From the NCBI GenBank assembly GCA_964016885.1, contig CAXHJY010000640.1, positions 62,001 to 126,000 on the forward strand: a DNA stretch of 64,000 nt, read 5' to 3'. How positions within the stretch are numbered: the first letter of the stretch is position 1; each line of letters starts with the position of its first letter. The stretch comes from Eledone cirrhosa (Eukaryota). This document shows positions 13,871 through 26,526 of the stretch, one piece after another. Both the position numbers and the translations under genes were made by a program. The notes beneath the pieces are model-generated. The model saw only the letters and a list, made by a program, of their open reading frames with translations. It searched no databases and had not been told where the DNA came from.

Positions 13871-14290
13871 TGATAATATAATAGTGTCACTTCAGAGTAG
13901 AGCTCTTTAAAATCAACATTTCTGACATTTTTGCACATTATCATATCTACATAATGATGATCCATTATTGATTATATTATCTGCCTACAGAAAGGCTAGA
14001 TGAGGGGAAATCCAATTATAAGTATCTTTTTGATTATATTTATTATTAAAGAAAAATTAGTTTAATCTTATTTATATTTTCAGTTAATAAGATATAAATT
14101 AGATTTAAAACTGGGATTGCACTGACAATCAAGACTTATGTTAAAACCTACTTCCTGAGTCATTTGCACAGACAGCTTTCCATTTGACTACAGAATGTGA
14201 CTTCACTAAAATATTTCTATCAATCAATCAACATTTATTCATTTTAAGCCTTAACTCTTACATTATATTTTATTTGATCATCGACAACTT

Positions 14291-14325
<35 letters not shown>

Positions 14326-15309
14326 ATATATGCATACATACATGTGTGTATGTGTATACATGCATACACACACACATTTGTTTCCTTTAATAAAATGTCA
14401 GAAGAACCAATCTATTTTGTATGCTGTTGGGATATGTTCCAGATTAAAGCAACATATTCTTACCAAGATATTTTGTTAAACCAATTTATCACCCTAGCAC
14501 CACACAATTCTCTAGCTATTAAAGAAATTTATGTGAACTGAACATATTGATCTATATATCATATCAGGATGAGTATTTCTCAAGGGTTTTACATTATATT
14601 AGATAGTAAGTTCAGGCTGATGCCTTGGTGGAATTGTAAGAAAGTCAAACGAATACGTATGTGTGTGCGTGGGGGTTTATATTTAGACAAGGAGTACTTG
14701 ATACCTGTAGAGTTTATGTAAAGTCAATGATTCACTCAGTAAGTACTTGGGGGTTTCACATATGATGGGATAGTTCAGGCATTCTCTCTCTCTCTCTCTC
14801 AGAGAGAGTCAAGTACTGCTATTGAAACAATTGACTATATCTTTTAATTACTTCAGTCCAATAAAAGAATATGTACACACACACACACGTGTGTATGTGT
14901 GTGTTTTCATTTAACATCCATTTTCCCTGCAGTTTATGCATGCACAAATACTACTATATTGCAGAAACATTCAACTGAAGACAGGAAAAGTAGATTGGAA
15001 AACTGATTCATTTCAGTTTTATAGTGAATGGGAAGCAGTGATGTTCATGACTTACCATGGGACAAGACTTTCTGAAAAAAAAAAGAACAAAAAAAAAATA
15101 GATTGCAATTTACCTTTACACCTAATATGTCATGTTGTCATGATGATGATTCTAATTTTCAAGTTTTGTTTTACTTTTTCTACTGCCTCTAGCTCTAGTT
15201 ACAAAAATGTATTTCATCATCATCATCTTCGTTTATTTATTTCTCTAAAAGCCTTCCATCATAATTTTATGTAAGAACCTTTATTAGGTTATGTTCCAGA
15301 TACCAGATT

Positions 15310-15864
15310 AATAATTGTTTTTACTTTTGGCACAAGGCCAGCAATTATCCAGTGTATTACTGGTACTTTATTTTATCGACCCCGTAAGAATGAAAGACAA
15401 AGTTAACCTCGGCGGGATTTGAACTCAGAATGGCAAGGACCGTAACTCTATGCGCCAAAGCATGGCGTGCCAATCCACCAATAATTGTTTCTACGTTAGG
15501 CACAAGGCCAGCAATTACCCAGTGCATTACTGGTACTTTATTTTATCGACCCCGTAAGGATGAAAGGCAAAGTTAACCTCGGCGGGATTTGAACTCAGAA
15601 TGGCAAGGGCCGTAACTCTATACGTCAAAGCATGGCGTCCGACCCTCTACCGGTACTGCCAATCCACCAATAATTGTTTCTACTTTAGGCACAAGGCCAG
15701 CAATTACCCAGTGCATTACTGGTACTTTATTTTATCGACCCCGTAAGGATGAAAGGCAAAGTCAACCTCGGCGGGATTTGAACTCAGATCGTAAAGGGAC
15801 GTAACTATGCTGGAAAGCATGGCGTCCGACCCTCTACCGATACTGCCAATCCACCCAATCCACC
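15310..15864 (-). mobile_element. Head-to-tail array of three SINE copies nested in a TTAA-MITE
   Basis: Units are joined by ccaatccaccAATAATtgtttct and start at ~15310, 15480 and 15669. Confidence 0.9.
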
Positions 15865-16149
15865 AATAATGAGAGTTAATTATATTACTAAATCATTGTA
15901 AATTCTTGAGTATTTTCAAAATGATTGAAAATAATACACAATGTCTTTTAATAAAGAGATAGTAATAAAAGGGTTAGACTAGAAAGTACATAAAGCTAAG
16001 TAACTAGCAGTAATGAAAGGCTTCAAGGTACTTAAACTGGAATTGCATGTGATTAAACAAGAAACACAAAACTGTTTTTCAAAGCATTTCCCAAAGAATA
16101 ATCTTCTTTTTCTTGTTCCTCTTCCTTTTCTTCTTTTTTCTTTTTTCTC

Positions 16150-17850
16150 TTTTTCTTTTTCTACTTCTTCTTCTTTCCCGAGAGGGTTGTGGGGATAGAG
16201 TCTCAAACACTCCTTCCAGTAGGTCCTGTCAGAAGCAACCGTCTTCAACTGATCTTGCTGGATCCCCAAACGAGACCAGCCAAGCTCATGAATGTTATTC
16301 AACCATCTTGCTCGGAATCAAACCCTGGGTCTCCTGCCAGTTGGTTTTGCCTGTAAAATATGTCCAGCGATTCTTTTTTGAGACATTCTAACCCCATGTC
16401 CATAGTATTGGAGCTGTGCTCTCTTAATCAATTCAGAGAAGTAGCGGTTCTACTTGGAGTGACTCTGAGCTATGCACCCTATCAAGTAACATTCTATGCA
16501 CCCTATCAAGTAACATTACTCCAAAGACCCTTTGGAGGAAACCCATTTTGGCCACTTGTATTCATTATCATATTTTTCAGTCATTAATACTGAATTGAAG
16601 ACAGCAAGTTTGGCTTTTACACCTACCTCGCTTTTTCTGATTATTGAATGCTAAAGTAGGCACATTACTGCACCATCTCCTGCAATTCTTGCATTTAATT
16701 CAGCCTCCTGCTTTCCATCGGTTGAAATTCACCTTCTTCAGTAGAACTCCATTCACATGTAGAGTGCACTTTGCAAGCTGCCTTGAGAGGACAATTGTCT
16801 TCATTTTTGCAGCATTGATTTTCATTCCAGCCATGCAACACTCAGCATCAAACCTATAAAGTGTATGTTGGAGATCACCTTCTGTCAAGTTAAATAACAC
16901 CATGTCGTCTGCAAATTCCAGCCGACTAATTTTACACCCACCAGTCTTGATACTACTTTCAAGCCAGCTGCGCATGCCAATCCTATTCATGAAAATAAAT
17001 TAACAGGATAGATGATAGTGTGTACTCTTGGTGGAGTCCGACTCCCACATTGAATGGTTTGAGTTTAGCACCATCTATCCGAACACAAATACTCAGGCCT
17101 TTGTATTGAGACATCAGGGCTGCAAGAAGCTGACCATCGATCCCATACTCCTGCAAAACCTTCTACAGCATGTCCCAAGGAATGTGATCATATGCCTTTT
17201 TGAGGTCTACAAAACAAGAATATACCTCTTGGCAATACTCCCATGATTTCTGAAAGACCTGCCACAGTGTGAATATTTGGTCAGCTGTGCTGTGTCTAGG
17301 GTGAAAACTGTACTATTCATAAGCTAGCTTGGACTCAACAATCTCCCCGCATGCTTTGCCAGGCACTCAGCATATACTTTACAGGGGAGGCTTAACAAGG
17401 AGATCCCTTTGTAATTGAGCAATCTCTCTTGTCTCCCTTTTTGAAAATTAGGATTATCATTTCTGATTGCCATTGTGTAGGTGCCTTTCCAGAGATCCAT
17501 GCAACCAGGCACACTTTAGTCAGCCAGAGAATACTTTCTCTATTTAAAACTCTTAACATCTTGGGCCGGATTTCATCTTCTCTAGTGGCCTTGCTACATT
17601 TGAGCTCTTTAACTGCTTTTGTGACCTCAGCCTCCGAGAGATTAGTCATCACTCCCAGATGCATCTTGTGTACATCAGAAGATGCTGTTGTGAATGGGTT
17701 TAGGAGATCAGCAAAGTATTCTCTCCACTTCGCGAGGATACTCTTCTCCGAAGAGAGGAGAACCCCAGATACATTCCTGATAGGTGCGGAGGAGGACTTC
17801 TTATTACGAAGTCAGCAGACAGTCTGCCAGAACACTTTATTTGCTGATCA
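16150..17850 (-). mobile_element. Degenerate RTE-clade LINE (family B), RT region to 3' end
   Basis: KATREDEIRPKML, LIFKKGD, YKGISLLSLP, LEFADD and GMKINAAK motifs in shifted frames. Confidence 0.9.
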
Positions 17851-17918
17851 AAGAATGAATCCTAAAATTTTAATTGAGAAAATATTTACTCCTATTTTCA
17901 TGAGTTTTTTTTTTTAGA

Positions 17919-18143
17919 TTAACAATTAAGTTTTATTGCTCTTTAGTGTACATATTTTGTTATAAGCTATAATAACATTGAAGCTATCAAATTACAAATT
18001 TTCAAGATTTAATTTCATGACCTATTTCTAATATACTCTAAAGAAACTGATCATGAAATATAATACAGAAAGTTTCAATTTCATAGCTTCAGTTATTATA
18101 GCTTATAACAAAATAGCACACTAAAGAATAATGAAAATAATTA
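17919..18143. repeat. AT-rich foldback (inverted repeat, possible MITE)
   Basis: ctttagtgt..tattttgttataagctataataac..tgaagctat is mirrored by atagcttcagttattatagcttataacaaaata..acactaaag. Confidence 0.7.
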
Positions 18144-18163
18144 ATGTAAAAAAAAGTCTAAAG

Positions 18164-18281
18164 GTTTATGGCCATATCACATTGAAAGTACTGGTTCTTG
18201 TCCATTCACTAATGTTAAGTAATGTTGAACCTACTTAGTACTTTAATGATTTACCACTTGGGGAATCCATGTACCATAGGC
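18164..18281 (+). pseudogene. 5S rRNA pseudogene
   Basis: 118 bp colinear with metazoan 5S rRNA (GTyTAyGGCCATAyCAC.TTGAAA...GGTTCTyGTCC...GTTAAG...TTAGTACTT...GGGAAT...TAGGC). Many CpG>TpG/CpA changes; followed by an A-tract. Confidence 0.8.
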
Positions 18282-18559
18282 AAAAAAAGGCAACAACAAA
18301 AAACCAGCTATACATATTCGGTTTAGAACAGGTACACCAGCATGTTATAAGAGATTACTAAAAGGTTTGTCACCAGGAAGGACATTTGGCCATAAAACAG
18401 TACTTTGAAAAACACTACAATGAGCATGAAACCTTTCATGTGTCCTGCTTTGCTAACCTCTGCTTTAGCAGGGGAAAATGGCCCCAAAATGCTACTGCTA
18501 CAGTATTTTTGTTTACTCTAAAGTTGTCTTTGAAAATGAAATATGAATCCACTAAAATT

Positions 18560-19000
18560 GCTAGCAACCAAGCCAAAATGTTAGTTGTTTATATCCTGTG
18601 ATTGTCTCTTCATTTTTCCACAAGACATTGTTGATAATGTAATTCATTGGTATAAATAATCTCAGTGAGGGCTTTAAAGAGATGGCTTCAGTTGGTATAT
18701 CAATCCCCCCCCCCTCTCCTGCGGGTCCAAGGTGAGGGTGGGTAGGTCCTGCAAAAGTTTTCTTAGCGGCCTTGGTGGCAGTACTGTACAATTGACTAGG
18801 GATTTGTTTATCCTATTGCCTGCCAATGTCAAAATGGAAAAGTGGATTATGAAATATATGACACTTTAATCTTAGAGTGGCTGGGAACCATACACTTCCT
18901 CTTGTAACAATCTATGATAGACAAGTACCTTATCTAAAACAATATTTGTTTCATTTACTCAGTGCTACAGAAATTGAAGATAGATACCTGATTCAGGAAA
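18560..19000 (-). mobile_element. Possible decayed RNase H region of an I/Nimb-group LINE
   Basis: Minus strand VPSHSKIK resembles WVPSHxGIxGNE, followed by TKAAKK...IP...LKP; frameshifted. Confidence 0.3.
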
Positions 19001-20339
19001 GGATTTTGCTTCATCCTTCAAATACATAATCTCTTTTAACCCTTTTGTTAACATCATCATCATCACCTTTTAACATCCATTTTCTATGTCAGCATGGGTA
19101 TCCAGCCAAAACCAGCTCTGGCCCTATGCAACAAAACCACCCATTTTAAAGGGTTAACATTTAGATTTAAATCTTCCAACACTTTTATATAACCATATTT
19201 TATTTCAAGTTACTGCCTTAGTACTAAAATAAAAACTTTAGTAAATTTCTCCAAATTCTCCATTAATTAATTGAAAAAGAATGTATTACATTAGAAATAT
19301 GGTAATGAAAGGGTTAATTGACGGCTTTCCTCTTTAAGTTTGGTTCCACAATTTTTCTGGAAAATGTATTTTATCCCAATAAACTTTTGTTATTCATCTA
19401 AATAAGAATATTATACTTCAATGGAGTAACTATTTCAATGACTAGGTGTGGACCTAGTAAAGAGATTTCTTTAACAAAACTTATAAGTTATTTGTTTTAC
19501 TATTGTACTGTCAACTCTAATTAGCCTCTTAGTCAAAAGACTGCTTTTATCATATTTTACATTGTATTTTATCCTGTTTGTATTTCGTTTTTATTTTGAT
19601 CAATATGCATAGCTCAACAAACACCAAATAAGTATCTGATCAATACTTACATATATATTCATTGCTCTTTTTTTCTTCGACCAGTTTATATTGTTATTTG
19701 AATACACTTTTGATACTTTACTTGTGTTTTACAAAAGTAAGACAAGCTACATTATATTAAGTTTATTTTTAAAGCTGTCGTGCTTGTTTATGTCAGATAG
19801 ACTAAGTTAAAAAGAGAAAAAAATATTCATTAAAAATTCTTTTACATTTATCATTGCTACTCCATTTGTTTATTCAAGAGAATCAGACTTTACCTTAACA
19901 TTACGAAACCATTTGTGTTGTACTTTTATTTGTTGCTAAATATCATTGTAACAACTTGCTCTATATTTTAAATAATTCAATACTTATGAATAATATTTCT
20001 TTACTCTATAAATAACATTAAACAGTGTCTTTTTTTTTTTCATTCATATATCTTAACCTTTTCTATATATTTCTATATATTTCATGTATATTTCCTTCAA
20101 GCTATTTTGTTAAAGATTAAAATAATAAAAGAATAGTTTTCAGTTGAAAAATAATTTGTCCTCGACAATAAGGGACAATCAGTAACAGATTTAAAGATAT
20201 TTTACTCAACGCCTACGACAGTAAAGAAGAACAGATAGAGACATTTAACGTAGAAGAGAACTGGGAGTTCCTAAAAAATAACTTACTAGAGGCGACGGAT
20301 GAGGTTTGTGGCTGGAGTAAGACCTCAAGCAGGAGGAGA

Positions 20340-22412
20340 GTGACTTGGTGGTGGAACAATAAGGTAGATGAAGCAGTCAAGGCCAAGAGACAGGCATGGA
20401 AAGAATGGAAGAACGGGGGGAGCAGGGTACATTACATAGAGACCAAGAGGGAAGCTAGGCGACAAGTATACTTAGCTAGGAGGGAAGCAGAGGATAGAAA
20501 ATTCAAGCATGTTTTACAACGTGAGGACCAGAAACAGGAGGTATTCAAGATTGCGAGGCAGTGTGTCAGAGATAGTTGTGATGTCATTGGAGAGAAGTGT
20601 ATCCGGGATGATAAAGGTGAGCTTGCCCTCACAAGTGCTGAGAAGAAAGATGCATGGAAGAGTCATTATGATAGATTACTAAATGAGGAGAATGCATGGG
20701 AAGAAGAGACCCTACCCCACGTAGACCCTATAGAGGGACCAGCAGTACAAGTCAGCGGCAGCGTAGTAAGTAAGGCAATCAGAGATATGAAGATAGGGAA
20801 GGCAACCGGTCCATCGGGTATAGCTGCCGAGATGCTGAAGGCATCTGGGTCTGTAGGTCACACTATAACCACACGTATCGTTAACCAGGTAATACTAGAG
20901 GGGGCCATACCAAAAGATTGGTGCAGTAGCATCATTGTCAACTGCTACAAAGGTAAAGGCGATGCACTAGATAGAGGAAACTATAGAGGTATAAAGTTGA
21001 TGGACCAGGTCATGAAAGTAACAGAAAGAGTTATAGCACAGCTGATTAGGGACCGGGTGAATATAGACGAGATGCAATTTGGGTTTGTACCAGGGAAAGG
21101 CACCACTGATGCGCTCTTCCTTGTGAGGCAATTACAGGAAAAGTACCTAGCTAAAAGTAAGCCACTCTACTTGGCATTTGTCGACCTTGAGAAAGCCTTT
21201 GACAGAGTTCCACGTGCAGTAATCTGGTGGGCTCTTAGAAAACTAGGAGTAGATGAATGGCTTGTGAAAGCGGTACAAGCCATGTATAGGGGAGCAGTCA
21301 GCAAAGTTAGGATTGGCAATGAGTATAGCGAGGAATTTAGCGTACAGGTTGGGGTCCACCAGGGCTCTGTTCTTAGCCCTCTCCTGTTCATCATAGTCCT
21401 GCAGGCAATAACGGAGGAGTTTAAGACCGGATGCCCATGGGAACTCCTGTATGCTGATGACCTCGCACTCATAGCTGAATCTATGGTAGAACTAGAGAAT
21501 AAATTCCAAACCTGGAAGCAGGGACTAGAGAGAAAGGGCCTCAAAGTCAACATGACAAAGACTAAGGTCCTTATAAGTAGACGAGAAAACAGAACCCAGA
21601 TCCCCTCAGGGAAATGGCCTTGCTCAGTATGTAGGAAAGGTGTAGGTAGGAACTCCATTCTTTTCCCCAAATGCAAACAATGGGTACACAAGAGATGTAG
21701 CGGGATCTCAGGAAGCTTAATTAAGAATGTAGGATTCACATGCAGCAGCTGTGCTGAAACAGCAAGCAAACAGCCACAGGAAACAAGTACCACCAATCTC
21801 TGGGAGGGCCCTGTAGAAACAGTAGACAGCTTCTGCTACCTAGGTGACCGAATTAGCAACGGAGGTGGGTGCTCAGAAAGTACAATAACTAGGGTAAGAA
21901 CGGGATGGAAGAAGTTTAGGGAACTACTACCACTGCTAGCTGCAAAAGGCTTCTCCCTCAGAATGAAAGGCAGACTGTATGATGCGTGTATCCGAACAGC
22001 GATGTTGCATGGTAGTGAGACCTGGGCGCTGAAGGTGGAAGACTTACGTAGATTAGAGAGAAACGAAGCCTGCATGCTCCGATGGATGTGTAACAGTAAT
22101 ATACGTGAACGACAAAGCATAAATGAATTGAGAGAGAGACTGAGCATAAGAGGAATCAAATGCTGCGTGCAGGAGAGGCGGTTACGCTGGTATGGACATG
22201 TGATGCGTATGAAGGATGACAGCTGCATAAAAAGGTGCAGAGCACTAGAAGTTGATGGAAACCGCGGAGTGGGGAGACCCAAGTTGACTTGGGATGAGGT
22301 GATAAAAGCCGACCTTACCCAACTACACCTCTCAAAGTCAATGACACATGACCGTGACTTCTGGCGTCACGCAGTAATACAGGGTACCCGACCTCCCATG
22401 GGTACATGCTGA
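20340..22412 (+). CDS. Non-LTR retrotransposon reverse transcriptase (RTE type) with in-frame PHD-like zinc finger; endonuclease lost by 5' truncation
   Basis: NYRGIKL, QFGF, FVDLEKAFDRV, GVHQGSVLSPLLF, LLYADD, FCYLG and LRWYGHV motifs; CxxC/HxxC cluster at 21621-21752. Confidence 0.9.
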   Translation: MTWWWNNKVDEAVKAKRQAWKEWKNGGSRVHYIETKREARRQVYLARREAEDRKFKHVLQREDQKQEVFKIARQCVRDSCDVIGEKCIRDDKGELALTSAEKKDAWKSHYDRLLNEENAWEEETLPHVDPIEGPAVQVSGSVVSKAIRDMKIGKATGPSGIAAEMLKASGSVGHTITTRIVNQVILEGAIPKDWCSSIIVNCYKGKGDALDRGNYRGIKLMDQVMKVTERVIAQLIRDRVNIDEMQFGFVPGKGTTDALFLVRQLQEKYLAKSKPLYLAFVDLEKAFDRVPRAVIWWALRKLGVDEWLVKAVQAMYRGAVSKVRIGNEYSEEFSVQVGVHQGSVLSPLLFIIVLQAITEEFKTGCPWELLYADDLALIAESMVELENKFQTWKQGLERKGLKVNMTKTKVLISRRENRTQIPSGKWPCSVCRKGVGRNSILFPKCKQWVHKRCSGISGSLIKNVGFTCSSCAETASKQPQETSTTNLWEGPVETVDSFCYLGDRISNGGGCSESTITRVRTGWKKFRELLPLLAAKGFSLRMKGRLYDACIRTAMLHGSETWALKVEDLRRLERNEACMLRWMCNSNIRERQSINELRERLSIRGIKCCVQERRLRWYGHVMRMKDDSCIKRCRALEVDGNRGVGRPKLTWDEVIKADLTQLHLSKSMTHDRDFWRHAVIQGTRPPMGTC

Positions 22413-22459
22413 AGCATATAAACAATATGCCCCCCCCCCCCCCACCGCAAGGTGGTCGT

Positions 22460-22595
22460 GGAGGTGCCACGGCAAAAAAGCACCCAGCCCACACTGTAAA
22501 GTGGACGTGTAGGCGCCACGAAAAAGCACCCAGCCCACACTGTAAAGTGGACGTGTAGGCGCCACGAAAAAGCACCCAGCACTCACTGTAAATGA
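22460..22595 (+). repeat. ~49-bp tandem repeat in RTE 3' UTR
   Basis: About 3 copies of ggcgccacgaaaaagcacccagcccacactgtaaagtggacgtgta-like units. Related decayed arrays at ~27365-27510, 28700-28830 and 41065-41160. Confidence 0.8.
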
Positions 22596-23858
22596 GGTTG
22601 GTGTTAGGAAGGGCATCCAGCTGTAGAAATCAAGCCAGATCAGTTCCTGTATGAGCAAGGCATGGTCAGCCGACCAGACACTGCCCACAACAGGACAACC
22701 CGTCTAACCCATGCTAGCATGGAAGAACGGACGTAAAACGGTGATGATGATGATGATGAATCAGGAAGAGAGAAAAATAAATAAAAAGGGGAGAGGCAAA
22801 CTCTACACTCTTGGTTGGATGGTACATCTCAGCTGCACTCTGTAAACAAGATGATACTCTTCTCCCAATTTTGTGAAGGAAAATGATAGTTTGAGGAGGA
22901 GTGTGAACAATAGAGGTCTTGATGGCAAAGTTAGTCAATAAGCTGTTTTAAGAATAGAAACGACACTTATTGGAAATGTCAAAAGTATTGTCATCTAAAT
23001 AACTTTGAAATATTTTTAGTCAGATCAACTAAGTTTTGTGATCTAAATCCTGCCTCAATACTTTAAAAAATAATTTAAAGTGCCAAATAACCATGCTATG
23101 CACAATATTTTACTTCATTTTTGCTATAAAATAATTTAACTAGACTCATCATAACAAACATAATTTTCTTGTTTGTTTTGTCTTGTTTTTTAAACTATTT
23201 TTGAATGGCAGTAGTACTCATTTCACATTTTAGGGCCATTGAAACTGGTGGGAAGAGGAAAAATGTCCTCAAATTAGAAACCTGGTGCAAATGCTAGCAA
23301 CAAATGGACCATGTGGTGATGCTGAAGTGGGGGATGGATTAAGTTTACCATGCAAGTAAGCTCTAGTGTGATTTAAACTCAGAATGGAACAAATGTTGCA
23401 AACCATCTCATCTGTCACACTTACAATTCTACCCTGGATTGGTACTTTATTTTATCGAGCACAAAAGAATGAAAGGCAAAGCTGACCTTAGCAGGATTTG
23501 AACTCATAAAGCAGAAAACCTGAAAAAATACCAAAATCCTAAGTGCTAATGATTCTACCAATTAGTCACCTAGATGTTTTACTGTGGTTATTTCCATTTG
23601 GGTAGTTCTCTTCTATTGCTAATTCATGCATTTAGATAAGCTGAATGATAATTACATAGAGAATTAAGCAAAGCCTAAGTTTTGGGTTTATTAGAATTTT
23701 TGTTAATGTCCTACTTTAGAATGAAAGTATTATTTTACTCTTGTTTTTAAAAGTAAAATAACAGTCTTCAAGCTAATAACCATTTTATGCCTACAATATA
23801 GCTTCTATTGCTATGTCTACTTTTTTGGATTTTTCCATCAGTAAGGACTAACATTATT

Positions 23859-24045
23859 GGTGGATTGGCAGTATCGGTAGAGGGTCGGATGCCATGCTTT
23901 CCAGCATACTTACGTCCCTTTACGATCTGAGTTCAAATCCCGCCGAGGTTGACTTTGCCTTTCATCCTTACGGGGTCGATAAAATAAAGTACCAGTAATG
24001 AACTGGGTTATTGCTAGCCTTGTGCCTAAAGTAGAAACAATTATT
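23859..24045 (+). mobile_element. Full-length tRNA-derived SINE
   Basis: Family match. TSD is gactaacattatt, with the second copy split by the adjacent LINE. Confidence 0.9.
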
Positions 24046-24050
24046 AGACT

Positions 24051-26526
24051 AACTTTCTTATCATCGCTGGAGACCTCAACGCTCAACTTGGCCCAGATGA
24101 AGTAAAGTTCACATACAATAGGGTTACTAACCGAAACGGGGAATATCTCAAGGACTTCATGGAGGAATTTGGTCTATTCAGCTCAAACAACAGCTTCATG
24201 AAGACCAGAGGCCAGCTTTGGACCTTTGAATACCCAAACCAAAAACGAGCTCAGATTGACTATTTGATATTTCGCAAGAAATGGAGAAACTCAATCAAAG
24301 ATTCTAGATCTTATTCCTCCTTTAGCTCTGTCGGCTCAGATCATCGAGTCATCTCGGCAACAATCAAACTTAGTCTCAGGATATCCAAGAGGGCCGAACC
24401 TCATCCCATGAAAAGAATAGACTGGAAAGCCGTTTCTTCCAACAAACAACTATCCAATAGCTTCATGTTTCAAGTCTATAATAGATTTCAATCTCTCTCA
24501 ACTTCTGACATCAATGACGATAATATTGAGGATGTGTATGACTGTCTTAAGCAATCAACAGAGGAAGTTGCACTTGCCACCCTACCTAAAAAGAAAAGCC
24601 GAAGCCAAATGAAACCTAGTGCCTCAGAGAAGGTAGTTGAGGCAAGGGCCCATCTTAGGTCAATATCCCAATCTCACCATCAATCACCATCTCGAGGGAA
24701 AAAGATACAGCTTATCATGGCCAAAAGATCACTAGACGACGCTTATCTTAATGCTGAAGCCGACTATATCTCAGGTAGGATTGATCAGCTATCGCAACAT
24801 TACATCAGCAAGCACCATCATCTTGCTTGGAAGGTTGTCAAAGATCTTTCAGGCAAAAACTCAAACTCTGCAGTTAGAATCAAAGGAGGCTCTGCCAAAA
24901 AATGTCTTGAAAATTGGTCTGCTCATTTTAAAAACCTTCTAGGGAAAAAGGCCAAACTCCCTGATAACTATCAACTGCCATCCGTTCAGGTTTCAGAGCC
25001 TTTAGGAATCAACACTTCTCCTTTCACCATGCCTGAGCTCAAGGAAGCCATCAAACAGCTCAAAGCCTCAAAAGCCTTTGGGCCGGATAATATACCTACC
25101 CTGATTTGGAAGGATGAGCATTTCCACATCCTTTTGCTTAACTTATGTAACCATACTTTCGAGACCAATAAACCACCTAGCGTCTGGCATGCAGCTCAAA
25201 TTATCCCCATGCCCAAAAAAGGAGATCTTTCTTTAGCCACCAACTATAGAGGAATTTCTCATGGCAATTGCTGCAAAAATATACAACAAGCTTCTTCTTA
25301 ACCGCTTAATCCCATTTCTTGAGCCAATCCTTCGTAACAACCAGAATGGATTTAGGAAAGGTAGATCAACACTTAGCCAGATTCTCTGCCTTCGCCGACT
25401 TATAGAGGAGTCCCAAAACCGCAATCTAGACCTTGCACTCATCTTTGTTGATTTTTCAAAAGCCTTCGACTCATTTGACAGGTAGGGGATGTTTGAAATT
25501 CTACAACTCTATGGGATTCCTGATAAAATCATCGCGGCCATACGTGTAATGTATACAGATACCAAATCAACTGTCCTGACCCCAGATGGGGAAACACCAC
25601 CTTTCTCAATCCTCGCTGGAATTTTACAGGGCGATACCCTTGCTCCGTATCTATTTATCATTGTTGCGGGTTATGTTTTGCGCATGTCTGTGGATGGGAT
25701 TCAGGATAGGGGATACCAACTACAGCCTAGGAGAAGCTCACGCTACCCAGCAAAATACTTGACCGACACCGACTTTGCTGACGACATCACATTGATCAGT
25801 CGGTCACTGGAAAATGCTGAGAGTCTTTTGAAGTCATTAGAGCAAGCGTCCAACTGTGTTGGACTGTACCTCAACGAATCCAAGACTGAGTATGAGAACA
25901 GATGCGCAAACAGCCCAAACTACCCCATCAGAACCCTTAATGCTACCACCCTTAAGCAGGTGGAAGATTACAAGTATCTTGGCTCATATATCTCCTCCTC
26001 CAAAAAAGATTTTCTAACCAGGAAGGGTATGGCATGGTCAGCGTGCAATGACATGCATGCCATATGGACATCTCAACTTACCAACAAGCTAAAACTGGAA
26101 ATATTCTAAGCAACCATTAAGCCCATATTACTTTATGGATCCGAAACTTGGACATTAACATCACAACTTGAGTGAGAGGAGATTGGATGGCACATATACC
26201 CGCCTCTTAATGAGAGTGCAAAACCTATCCTGGAAACGACATCCCACCTTGTCTAAAATCTATGGCAAACTCCCTCGAGCCTCTGCCCTTCTAAAATCCC
26301 GGAGAGCTCAATTTGCTGGCCACTGTCACCGTGCCAGCAATGAAATCATATCCGCTCTCTTGCTCTGGAACCCTGACTCCAGCCTGACTAGGAGTAGGAA
26401 GCTGTCATTCCCTGACGTTATCTCTAGGGATACGGGAATCAGTAGACGGGACCTGGGGGACAGGCAATTCTGGGACATGAGAGTGAGATCCATCATCTCG
26501 ACAGTAGTCGACGAATGATGATGATG
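24051..26526 (+). mobile_element. RTE-clade LINE (family C), partial APE endonuclease + RT, pseudogenised
   Basis: IIAGDLN, QIDYL, SDHRVI (EN); NYRGIS, QNGFR, FVDFSKAFD, GILQGDTLAP, DFADD, YKYLG (RT). Frameshifts at ~25260 and ~26165; stops at 25483 and 26107; (GAT)n tail. Confidence 0.92.

Larger units (their letters stand above)
20170..22758 (+). mobile_element. Young 5'-truncated RTE-clade LINE (family A, PHD-containing)
   Basis: Open frame from ~20172 to 22412. The 3' UTR has ~49-bp tandem repeats and a CCATGCTAGCATGG palindrome, then a (GAT)n tail. Confidence 0.95.

Noticed and set aside
21167-22282. Long minus-strand ORFs (also 53065-53880, 17429-17917)
   Set aside because: They are antisense shadows of RT coding sequence.
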